Assembly (NCBI GenBank): GCA_963771465.1
Contig: CAVYTU010000017.1
Location: 480,001 to 544,000, forward strand
DNA: 64,000 nt
From: an uncultured delta proteobacterium
Lineage (GTDB): Bacteria; Desulfobacterota; Binatia; UBA9968
Reading direction: 5' to 3'
Each line of letters starts with the position of its first letter. Within the stretch, counting starts at the first letter, position 1. A program made the translations under genes and the position numbers. Below the pieces are notes generated by a model. It made no database searches. It was not told the DNA's origin and was given only the letters and a program-made list of their open reading frames with translations. Below are positions 39,525 to 48,315 of this stretch, in pieces.

Positions 39525-39809
39525 GTAAAGGTTTTTCTAGTTTTGAGTTCTAGTTGACGGTTGAGGCACATTGGGCGCATTTCGTCCGACACTAAATTCG
39601 GTCACCGAACGTTCATGGATCTTCTACCATTGCTCCGCAACCGCGCGGTGATTTCTTTAGCGCAGGTCTGTTCGCGGTTTGGACAAAATTTCTTCTCACG
39701 TCGTCGCCCATCGATGGGGTGAAGCGTCTGAGCCGGTTGTGCGGTGAAACGCCGATTGCCCGCCGGTCTGTCCTCGCCGCGTCGACGTCAACTAGAGCAA
39801 ACCATCATC

Positions 39810-40916
39810 TTATTCATTAACGGTTATCGTGCTGTCGACGTTGACTTCGTGGTTACGAAAATGGCCGCTTCCGACCGTCTGCCAGAGGGAGAAAAGCGAG
39901 GTTCGATGCTCAAAGATGTTCGACTTCTTGGCCTGCTCAAATCCTCGTTCTCGCATTTCCTCAGGAAATGGCTTTGTGATGATATCGTATGCCTCCGTCA
40001 CGGAATTAAACAAGAAGCCGGCATCGCCGACATACTCCCTTAAATCAGGACGTATATTGGCCATGCATACGCCGACGCCGGAAGCTTGGGCTTCGGCGAC
40101 CGACATCGGCCAGCCGACACTGCCGCGATCCATCCGCGCGGTATAGACAAGCCATCGGTGTTTCTTGTACTGCGCCGGCATATCTTCGAGTTCCACGGGC
40201 GGGATAAGGTTGACCGGTTTACCTTTTGCTTCATTCAGCTTGCGCAGCCTTTCTACGTCATAGGCCATCGCGTAGAGATTGAAGCTTTGCTTTGGTGCCA
40301 TCGCGCCTAGATCTATGAAGTCTTCCATGTGTTTTTTCGTGATCGCCGCACCGACATTCATGATTTCATCGCCGTTGGGCTCGGTGTTATGGAATAGGGG
40401 ATAGTTCACCACGGGATAGGAGTCGATAATTTTGTCGCCGCTGATACCCGCCTTTTCAAGCCTCACCCGGTTGAACGGAAAGGCTAGGATTCCCAAACAC
40501 ATATCGCTGCGAATGAAGCTGATCGCCTCGCGAACATGAGGCGGTAGCTGTCTTGCGCCGAAAAGTCTGTTCCAAGTGGACGGGCCTTCGGTATCGTCCC
40601 AGATGGCATCGAAGGAATGGGTCCTGACCGTGAAAGGTACGTTGGTTTGTTTCGCGAGTTTGCCGACCATGCGCGCGGAGTGGAGCCAATGGGTGTGCAG
40701 GACGTGAGGACGAAAATCTTCGATGGCTTCCCGAATAGACGCGAGATCATCGATGTAGCGAAAGGGAGGATGGTTCTTCGCCGCAAGCGAAGCCTTATGC
40801 GTGGCAACAACCAGGACATCACACTTTTCGCGCACGGCCTCGATTTCCGTTTTAATGTAGCTCTCGGAGATTTGGGGAAACTGCTTGACGATATAGACGA
40901 CGCGGAAAGGTAGCAT
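39810..40916 (-). CDS. GT-B fold (GT4-like) glycosyltransferase
   Basis: FPQISESYI..EI, VLHTHW, FTVRTHSFD and GWPMSVAEAQASG. Confidence 0.8.
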   Translation of the reverse strand: MLPFRVVYIVKQFPQISESYIKTEIEAVREKCDVLVVATHKASLAAKNHPPFRYIDDLASIREAIEDFRPHVLHTHWLHSARMVGKLAKQTNVPFTVRTHSFDAIWDDTEGPSTWNRLFGARQLPPHVREAISFIRSDMCLGILAFPFNRVRLEKAGISGDKIIDSYPVVNYPLFHNTEPNGDEIMNVGAAITKKHMEDFIDLGAMAPKQSFNLYAMAYDVERLRKLNEAKGKPVNLIPPVELEDMPAQYKKHRWLVYTARMDRGSVGWPMSVAEAQASGVGVCMANIRPDLREYVGDAGFLFNSVTEAYDIITKPFPEEMRERGFEQAKKSNIFEHRTSLFSLWQTVGSGHFRNHEVNVDSTITVNE

Positions 40917-42034
40917 CAGTTTTCGTCTCGAAACGTGGTTGGAGTGGATGACTGAATATCAACATTGGCACGCGCTGAGCTAGTCGCTGCCGAGTCGCTC
41001 CCTGCGCGAAACTTGACGGCTGGCCAAAACCTATGGCGAAGCCGCCGTTCACCATGGGGTAAATTTTGGTTCGAGAGACACGGGCCAGTGATAACACGCT
41101 GCTTTTGCAAGTCCGGTATCGGAGTTTGAAAATTCCTGCGTTCTTGTAACATCACTCTCAGCATCGCTCGATAGCGAAAGCAACGTCCCTTCATACGATA
41201 TTTCTTATGTTCCGAGCCCGCGAGCCAGTAGTAGCAGAAGCTCGCAGCTGACCGGAGCAAGTTACTTAAGGCGTCAAACGGTGTGATATCTTTATAGAGT
41301 AGATTGCTTCGTCCTTCCGCCTCGTTGCGCCAGCGAAAATACTTGTCGGTCAGTCGGCTCCAGTCGACCTGGTGATAAACAACGGCCCGGGGTTCATAGC
41401 CGAGCCGGCCGCCGAGTCTTTTGACTCTATCGCCGAATTCGCTATCCATGGACGTTCCCGATGCGCCTGGACCGAGGCGCTCATCGAAGTATCCGGTCCT
41501 ATCGAAAAGCTCGCGTCTAACGGCTAGATTGGCTGCGTTAAGGCTTTTGATTTTCTCACCTTCGGCGAACGGTTTCATGAGATAATAAATGGTTCGATAT
41601 CGGCTCAACAGCCGCAAAAACTCCGTGTCCTCAGCAAACTCCGGCGGGATGTGAATCGATCCCTGTTGAACGTCGCATGGGAGCTGTGCGAAGAAGTTAT
41701 GCGTGACCGTCAACCATGAGGGCGCAACCACTACGTCGTCGTCCAGGAAGCCTAAAATGGCGCCGCGCGCGAGCGTGAGCCCTGTGTTCAGAGCCCGCGA
41801 TTTACCAGCAATAGGTTCGCGCACATGGCGCCATCGATCACCTTCCCGCTCGATATAGCCTTGAACCAGGGCTTCGACCTTCCCAGCCCTAGTCTCATCG
41901 GTCGCATTGTTGATAATCAAGATTTCGTGAGCTATCGAGTCGCGCTCGCTCATTTGCGATAAGCTTTGCAGCAAATGTGTGAGTCCTTCTATCCTTCCCT
42001 TGGTGGGAATCAATATACTGATAAAATGACTCAT
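40916..42034 (-). CDS. Glycosyltransferase family 2
   Basis: ISILIPT, GKSRALNTG, FLDDD, ANLAVRR and GYFDERLG. Confidence 0.9.
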   Translation of the reverse strand: MSHFISILIPTKGRIEGLTHLLQSLSQMSERDSIAHEILIINNATDETRAGKVEALVQGYIEREGDRWRHVREPIAGKSRALNTGLTLARGAILGFLDDDVVVAPSWLTVTHNFFAQLPCDVQQGSIHIPPEFAEDTEFLRLLSRYRTIYYLMKPFAEGEKIKSLNAANLAVRRELFDRTGYFDERLGPGASGTSMDSEFGDRVKRLGGRLGYEPRAVVYHQVDWSRLTDKYFRWRNEAEGRSNLLYKDITPFDALSNLLRSAASFCYYWLAGSEHKKYRMKGRCFRYRAMLRVMLQERRNFQTPIPDLQKQRVITGPCLSNQNLPHGERRLRHRFWPAVKFRAGSDSAATSSARANVDIQSSTPTTFRDEN

Positions 42035-42131
42035 GACTTAAGAATTCACCAAATAATTTGTGCGAGGAGGATTCGGTGAATAATTCGACAAATGCTCAAC
42101 CCGCCTGTCGTTCCTACTCGCCGTCAGCTTT

Positions 42132-42161
42132 TTTATAGTTCGCGCCATCAAGGGTTGTCAA
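42132..42161 (-). promoter_or_regulatory. Putative sigma70 promoter of the glycosyltransferase pair
   Basis: TTGACA-18 bp-TATAAA on the minus strand. Confidence 0.45.
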
Positions 42162-42397
42162 GTAATCCAATATGGCTAAGGTTTCCTAATTGAATCATGT
42201 GCCACGGCGCCGCTGCCGCAGCTGGCATAAAATCCTTGCCAGGCAACGCCTTAAATCGGCAGGCCAGCCTTCAAAAACAGCAACAAATTTCGGTAGATGA
42301 GTCAGACGGTGATGGCAAGTTTTCTTGTGCTACTCCTCGCCATTGAGCCTTAGGAGGAAAGCCCGGATCGCAAAGAAATTCCTAGGCTAGCGACGGG

Positions 42398-43468
42398 TCA
42401 GAGCACCCGGAGCGAGCGGGTCTTGATGATGAGATAAACCGGCGTGTTTTCCATCAAGCTTAGCCGCATGACCGCTGACGCGGTGAGACGGACCAAAAAT
42501 TCCTCACCGGCGAGAACCGTTAGCATCGCTTCGCCATCGAGCGATTCGATTCTGTGAACGGCCCCCGATAAAACATTACCGGCTGAAATGCCCATGGGTC
42601 GTTCGGTGGCGACGAGAATATCGTCGGCGCTGACGCGAATCTGGAAACTCGCGTCGGCTTGACGTTGGACGTAGGGGATTAGCAATTCGCCGCCCGACGC
42701 CAGACGGACTCGGGTAGTTCCGGCCTCTCGGTTTGACTCGGCGAAGCTTACCGTAAAGACGTTTTCGAACTCTTCGTTAGGAAGCTGGAGAATCGTATTG
42801 GCCGACCGGAATGTTTCTTTAGGAACACCTTGAGCGACGAGTTTGCCGTGCTGTATCATCAGGACCCAATCCGCCAGCGTTAAGACTTCAGTAAGATTGT
42901 GTGTGACATAGATCATCGGAATTTTGAATTCGTCACGGACGCGGCCTAGATACGGCAGAATTCTTTCCTTTAGACCGATGTCGAGGGCGGCGAGAGGTTC
43001 GTCGAGCAATAAGAGACCTGGCTGAGAAAGAATCGCCCGGGCGAGGGCGACTCGCTGCGCTTCGCCACCCGAGAGTTTGGTGACCGGGCGATTCAAGAGA
43101 TCGCCGATCTCCAAAATATCTACGACGTGGTCGACGGTAAGGCCTTTGTTGCCGGCATGGCCATCACGTGTCGCTCCGAAGAGAATGTTTTTCCGAACCG
43201 ACAAGTGTGGAAATAACGCTCCTTCCTGGGGAACGTAACCGATGCCTCGCTGCTGCGGCCGCAGGTTAATTCTTCGCGCCGAGGAAAAGAGCGTTTTGCC
43301 GTCGATCTCGATCTCGCCCGCTGCGATCTTGCGCAAACCAGCGATGGCGTCGAGCAGTGTCGTCTTGCCGGAACCCGACGGACCGAAGATCGCGGTTACG
43401 CGGGTGTCGAACGTGACGTCGATATTCAGTTCAAAATTAGCAAGCGGAATTCGGCAGCGTAGTAGCAT
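42398..43468 (-). CDS. modC: Molybdate ABC transporter ATP-binding protein
   Basis: GPSGSGKTT, LFPHLSV, LSGGEAQRVA, LLLDEP, YVTH and a C-terminal TOBE-like region. Confidence 0.93.
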   Translation of the reverse strand: MLLRCRIPLANFELNIDVTFDTRVTAIFGPSGSGKTTLLDAIAGLRKIAAGEIEIDGKTLFSSARRINLRPQQRGIGYVPQEGALFPHLSVRKNILFGATRDGHAGNKGLTVDHVVDILEIGDLLNRPVTKLSGGEAQRVALARAILSQPGLLLLDEPLAALDIGLKERILPYLGRVRDEFKIPMIYVTHNLTEVLTLADWVLMIQHGKLVAQGVPKETFRSANTILQLPNEEFENVFTVSFAESNREAGTTRVRLASGGELLIPYVQRQADASFQIRVSADDILVATERPMGISAGNVLSGAVHRIESLDGEAMLTVLAGEEFLVRLTASAVMRLSLMENTPVYLIIKTRSLRVL

Positions 43469-43469
43469 C

Positions 43470-44144
43470 TTACGCTTTCTTTCCCGTACGCAGCAGCCAC
43501 TCCGAGCACCAGACGAACAGGAAGGCCAGGGCGACGGTAATTCCGAGCAGTGTGTAGGCTTCAGGATCTTTGCCCAGTTGCACGAAGTTATAGATCGCCA
43601 ATGACAACGTCTGCGTTTCCCCAGGAATATTTCCGGCAAGCAGAATAGTGGCGCCGAATTCGCCGAGCGCCCGCGAAAATGCGAGGAGAGCGCCGGCGAC
43701 AATTCCTTTGTAGGCAAGCGGTATGGTGATGACGAAGAAGATTCTTAAACCAGAAGCTCCGAGCGTAGCGGCGATCTGTTCAAGCCGTGGATTGACTTCG
43801 GAAAACGAAGTTCGCACCGATCTTACCAGCAACGGAAAGGACATCACTGCCATGGCGATGAGCACACCTTTCCAGTTGAAAACGATCTCTATGCCGCGCT
43901 CGTACAACCATGTGCCGAGCGAACTGCGCCGGCCGAAGATCTTCAGCAGAATCAAACCCGTGGACACCGGCGGCATGACCAGCGGCAGCAGAACGATTGT
44001 CTCTAAAACGCTCTTGAGCGGCCATTCCTTGCGCGCGAAAAGCCAGGCCAGCCCGATGCCGAACGGAAGAATCAACAGCGTGCTGGCGAAGCCAACGGAG
44101 AGGGAGAAAAGGGTGATTTGCCAGGTTTCAAAGGAGAAGATCAC
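43470..44144 (-). CDS. modB: Molybdate ABC transporter permease
   Basis: LPLVMPPVSTG and FSRALGEFGATILLAGNIPGETQT. Confidence 0.95.
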   Translation of the reverse strand: MIFSFETWQITLFSLSVGFASTLLILPFGIGLAWLFARKEWPLKSVLETIVLLPLVMPPVSTGLILLKIFGRRSSLGTWLYERGIEIVFNWKGVLIAMAVMSFPLLVRSVRTSFSEVNPRLEQIAATLGASGLRIFFVITIPLAYKGIVAGALLAFSRALGEFGATILLAGNIPGETQTLSLAIYNFVQLGKDPEAYTLLGITVALAFLFVWCSEWLLRTGKKA

Positions 44145-44166
44145 GAATGGAAGAATGTCCTCGGAT

Positions 44167-44946
44167 CTAGTCTAATACGACAAAGCCATATTTTTTGAAA
44201 GCGTCCTTTGCGGCCGGGCTCTGGACGTAGCTCATGAAATCACGGGCGGCGTCTTTGCGTTTGGACTCTTTAACGATCGCTACCGGATAGGTGATCTTGG
44301 GTCCTTTGTCGATGGGCACTTCGTAGACGATCTTCACTTTCTTGGAAATCGCAGCGTCGGTTTTGTAGACGAAGCCGGCTTCGACGTTACCGGACTCCAC
44401 CGAAGCCAGAGTGGCGCGGACGTCTTGTACCGGAACCACCTTCGGTTTGACCTGATCCCACAAGCCCTCGTCGGTTAAATACTTGCTGCTATAGACACCA
44501 ACTGGCACGGACGACGGCTCGGCGAGAGCGATTCTTTTGATATCGGCCTTTAATAGATCCTTCGGCGAAGAAATGGCGAGTCTGGAATCCGCCGGCACGA
44601 TGATCACCAACTGGTTCGAGAGCAAATTTTTTCGCGTGCCCGGTTCCAGCCGGCCATTTTTATTGAGAGTGTCCATCTGTGGTAAGTCGGCAGAAAAAAA
44701 AATATCCGCCGGCGCGCCTTCTTCAATTTGCCGTGCCAGGCCATTGGACGGACCGAAATTGAATTTTACCGTATGCTTGGATCTTGCCTGATAGCCGCTG
44801 CTGATTTCCTTTAGAACATCGGTGAGGCTTGCCGCGGCCGATACTAGGATTTCATCAGCTAGCGCTGCTGTCTGCATGAACGACGATAAGAATATGCCTG
44901 CAAACAACCCTGCTCGAGTTTTCCTTAGCCGATTTCCAGTGGTCAT
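44167..44946 (-). CDS. modA: Molybdate ABC transporter substrate-binding protein
   Basis: SAAASLTD, LARQIEEGAPADIFFSA, SVPVGVY and GFVYKTDA; start uncertain. Confidence 0.95.
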   Translation of the reverse strand: MTTGNRLRKTRAGLFAGIFLSSFMQTAALADEILVSAAASLTDVLKEISSGYQARSKHTVKFNFGPSNGLARQIEEGAPADIFFSADLPQMDTLNKNGRLEPGTRKNLLSNQLVIIVPADSRLAISSPKDLLKADIKRIALAEPSSVPVGVYSSKYLTDEGLWDQVKPKVVPVQDVRATLASVESGNVEAGFVYKTDAAISKKVKIVYEVPIDKGPKITYPVAIVKESKRKDAARDFMSYVQSPAAKDAFKKYGFVVLD

Positions 44947-45008
44947 CCTAATCAGTTCTCCGCGCTTTCCATAGGTCAATCCAAATCACTATTCGAGCAG
45001 AAGCGGTC

Positions 45009-46172
45009 TCATCCCCGCAGTTCCACGACCTTGCCGAGCTCCCTTATGTCGTAGCCGCCTAAGGCATCAAGCTCGTTCCTGAATGGCTTGCCGACGATGG
45101 TATCGAGCAGCGTCCGTAGACCTTGCAGCGATTCGTAGTAAATCTTGGGAATAACCAGGTCGTAACGCTCGCGCTGCAAAGGGATGAAATCGAGGCCGAA
45201 GATTGACGCGGCCGCGCGCACTCCGATGCCGGCATCAGCCAATCCCGTTTTCACGCGTGAGGCCACTTCCAAGTGAGATAAAACTTCATCAGCGTATGCC
45301 TTGATGCGAGCCGGTGGAATGCCGGCCATAACCAGTTGCCGATCGAGCAAGCGGCGCGCGCCGGAGCCTTTTTCCCGATTGACTATTGTAATCCTCGGGC
45401 GCGCTAAGTCGGTGACGCCGCGAATCGTTTTCGGATTGCCTTGTTTGACGATGAGTCCTTCCTCCCAGTGAGCGAATGTGATGACGATACAGTCCAATCC
45501 ACCGAGACTACGTTTCAAATCGGGAAGGTTCCACGCACCCGAGCGGTCATCGGCCAAATGGACGCCGGCGACGTGAATCTCGCCGCGTTTCAAAGCGCCG
45601 AGGGCGATGCCGCTGCCCATGATACAAGGGACGAGAGTTTCTTTGTCCTGTTTTCGCAAATGTTCGGCGGCGAGAAACATCGCCGGATCACAACCGCCGA
45701 TGACGATCTTCCGTCGCAGTGTCTCCCGAGTTTTGAGCAGTTTCACGCTCACTTGTTTGCTTCTCGGTTGTGTGGCGCTGATTACGCCGTCCGCCGTTGC
45801 CGTAAGACTCGTCAGTGCGCCGAAACCGTCCAATGGCCGAACCAGTAAACGTTCGCCGACCTGGGTCACGCCGACGCGAACGTTGCCGAATCTTGGGGGC
45901 AGAGAACCGACAAGCTCTCCGCTGACGACCTCGTCAACGCTTTTGAGACTGAAGAGATCCTCGACTCGGCAGCGCAAAGCCTGAGCGAGTTGAAGCGCCA
46001 CCGAAGTGGCAGGGGAGTATTGATTGGCCTCGATGGCCGAAACCGCCTGTCGGGTCATGCCGGCCATGTCGGCGAGTTGCTTTTGTGAGAGACCCAACGC
46101 CTGCCGCTTTTCGCGCAGGGAACTTTCATATGCAGGTGCGTCAATCGCCGGGGTATGGTTTTGATTTGCCAT
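45009..46172 (-). CDS. XRE-HTH plus PBP-domain (molybdate-sensing-type) transcriptional regulator
   Basis: LREKRQALGLSQKQLA...RQAVSAIE HTH; GCDPA, VNREKGSGARRL and FIPLQRERYDL. Confidence 0.88.
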   Translation of the reverse strand: MANQNHTPAIDAPAYESSLREKRQALGLSQKQLADMAGMTRQAVSAIEANQYSPATSVALQLAQALRCRVEDLFSLKSVDEVVSGELVGSLPPRFGNVRVGVTQVGERLLVRPLDGFGALTSLTATADGVISATQPRSKQVSVKLLKTRETLRRKIVIGGCDPAMFLAAEHLRKQDKETLVPCIMGSGIALGALKRGEIHVAGVHLADDRSGAWNLPDLKRSLGGLDCIVITFAHWEEGLIVKQGNPKTIRGVTDLARPRITIVNREKGSGARRLLDRQLVMAGIPPARIKAYADEVLSHLEVASRVKTGLADAGIGVRAAASIFGLDFIPLQRERYDLVIPKIYYESLQGLRTLLDTIVGKPFRNELDALGGYDIRELGKVVELRG

Positions 46173-46199
46173 GATATCTAACCTAATGTTAGGTATCAT
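46171..46199. promoter_or_regulatory. Palindromic operator candidate at the start of the mod regulator gene
   Basis: ATGATATCTAAC-N5-GTTAGGTATCAT, 11 of 12 positions complementary. Confidence 0.55.
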
Positions 46200-46313
46200 T
46201 GCGACGATTTTGGGTCAAGTCTCTCAAATGCAGAATTCTTTCAGTTTAGGAAGTTGGCGGAGGAAGAAGGCGAGGCGCGTTGGAAATTGGCTGGCCAGGT
46301 GGGTTTGAACAAA

Positions 46314-46562
46314 CTAGGTTCGACCCAGCCAGCGCAAAATGCGCAGGGAGGGCTGTGGCGGCGGCTGAGCGGCACGCTTGCGCGCGAAACTGTCGGCGGC
46401 TAGTTGAAGGCCGACAGTGTCGATCGATTCCAACGCGTTACATTGCTCTGATGTCAGACCGGCCCGGTTTGCCTCAGCGCGCGGATCGGCGAGAAAGCGT
46501 GCTCGCGCCTGGTCGTCGACATAGAGCTTCGCCAAAAAAGCTTCGAACTGTTCTGTCTTCAT
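46314..46562 (-). CDS. Small helical protein, putative MNIO partner
   Basis: ATGA overlap with DUF692; LAKLYVDDQARARFLADP...GLT pattern. Confidence 0.75.
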   Translation of the reverse strand: MKTEQFEAFLAKLYVDDQARARFLADPRAEANRAGLTSEQCNALESIDTVGLQLAADSFARKRAAQPPPQPSLRILRWLGRT

Positions 46563-47426
46563 GCCGCTGCCAGCTTTAATTGTGCCTGTCGGCGCTCGCG
46601 GCCGCGCTGCAACGCTTGCCGAGCGCGCGCCAGTTGAGACAACAGAGCCGCCATCGGTGGGTAACGGCCGTCGCGTTCGAGAATGACAGCTAGCGCTTGG
46701 GATGTCTTCTCGCCTACGTAAGACAACAGTTCGTAAACTGGCTCTGGCACATCGTGCAGATGGTCGTCGAGCAGGCGGCGTTCATTCGATGATTTCGCCG
46801 TGATCCATCGGCCGCCGGCAAGATGTATTGTTGCAACCCGTTCAGGGGGAATCGAATCGATGAAAGTGTAAGGGTCGAAAGAAAAGTTGACGGCGTTGGC
46901 GTACAGATTGTGAAGGTCCAGAAGCAGCCGACCGTTCGCCGCGTCGAGAATATTTGCTGTCCAATTCGCCTCGCTCAACTTGCTGCCAGGTGGATCGATG
47001 AGCGTAGCGATGTTTTCGACCAATGGAGAGCTGCCGACGATTCTCTTCGCCGCCGCGAGATTGTGCGCCGCGCCTTCGACAGTCGCCTCGGTTCTTGGCG
47101 GCGCCGCCAAGTGGCCGATCTCAATACCGCCGCCGCGCACGAAAGCCAGATGTTCGGACCAGAACTCCGGCTGCACTTCTGCGATCAAGCGCGCCGTCTT
47201 TTCAAGCCGGCGTTTATCAACCTCGACGACTGAAGCCAGTCCGAGGCTTACACCGTGGAGCGCCACCGGGATTTGTCTCGCCAACGTGCGAAGCGCGCGC
47301 CGTTGTCGCTTTCGTCGAATCGAAGTAGTCGTCGGCGATCACCTCGACGATATCGATGCGATGGAGATTCGATAATATTCCCGCGGCCAGCTCCGGCCGC
47401 CAGCCGATGCCAAATCGATCGTTCAT
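46559..47426 (-). CDS. DUF692 family multinuclear non-heme iron oxidative enzyme (MNIO), with a +1 frameshift at about 47310
   Basis: GIGWRPEL...EVIAD in one frame; LHGVSLGL, WSEHLAF, VENIA, LLLDLHNLYAN, IHLAGG, DDH and ILERD in the other. Removing one A restores STKRQRRALRTLARQIP. Confidence 0.88.
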
Positions 47427-47429
47427 GCG

Positions 47430-48305
47430 CTAACTCCCGCCGCAACCGCCGCAACCACCGCCACCTCCGCCGCCGCAACTCGATGAGGAGCAGGACGATC
47501 CGCAACCGCTGGTGCTGCAGCTCGTTCCGGTCAGGCTTCGTTTCTTCTCGAAATGCTGAATGATCGGAAATCTGCTTGCCGGCAGGGCGCCAGCTCCGAA
47601 GACTGCCAGAAGAAGGGCTGCTTCGCCGGTTGCGCCACCGCTCTGAATCGTTGCCGAGCGCGCCTTTAACGAAGCAAAAAGAGTTCGCAGGTCGGCGAGC
47701 ATAGTATTCCCGAGGACGGTTCGGGTAGGGTTGTAATTCTTTATGGCAAAGAAACCGAAGACTGCGGCAAGTATGACTAGATACCAAATATTTTGCCGAC
47801 CTCGCATTGTCGCTACAATGATCTTGATAAAGGCGACACCGAAGAGAACGACTAGGGCCAGCAAGAGACGATTTGTGCGTGCGTCTTCGATCGCTTTGTC
47901 AGGCAGCAAACGGAGCTGCTGCAATTTGTCCAGATATTCTTTGCAACCGGCCTTTATCGATGCACCTTCCAATAGTCCTTCCACATTTTTTGAGATTTTA
48001 GCGCGAGTCAGAATCGCCTTTTCGATTGGACGGCGAACTGCAGTCGCATCACCGGTGACTTCCAGTCGATCGCCCAAGAGCCGTAGTAAACCGCGGTCGA
48101 CAAGTGAGATGATCGCGACGCGGGCGGCTTCTTGCTCACCGCCGCGAAGATAGGCGATTAAATATGGATCGGAGTAATCGAGTCTCGGTATGCTCCCAGA
48201 TTCAGAAATTCTTTGCGTGTAGTAAAGTGCAGTGAGGACTACGCAGCCGAGGAACATGTAGAACTGCAGAAACTGTGGTCCCGGAAGGTCAAACGGGTTC
48301 ATCAC
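47430..48305 (-). CDS. TIGR04222-like membrane protein with a Cys/Ser/Gly-rich C-terminal tail
   Basis: NPFDLPGPQFLQFY, DPYLIAYLRGG, hydrophobic segments and the tail SCSTSGCGSSCSSSSCGGGGGGGCGGCGGS. Confidence 0.88.
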   Translation of the reverse strand: MMNPFDLPGPQFLQFYMFLGCVVLTALYYTQRISESGSIPRLDYSDPYLIAYLRGGEQEAARVAIISLVDRGLLRLLGDRLEVTGDATAVRRPIEKAILTRAKISKNVEGLLEGASIKAGCKEYLDKLQQLRLLPDKAIEDARTNRLLLALVVLFGVAFIKIIVATMRGRQNIWYLVILAAVFGFFAIKNYNPTRTVLGNTMLADLRTLFASLKARSATIQSGGATGEAALLLAVFGAGALPASRFPIIQHFEKKRSLTGTSCSTSGCGSSCSSSSCGGGGGGGCGGCGGS

Positions 48306-48315
48306 GGCACCTTTT

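Noticed and set aside
42223-42240. TGGCATAAAATCCTTGC as a sigma54 promoter
   Set aside because: GG-GC spacing is 2 bp too long and no gene lies downstream on that strand.
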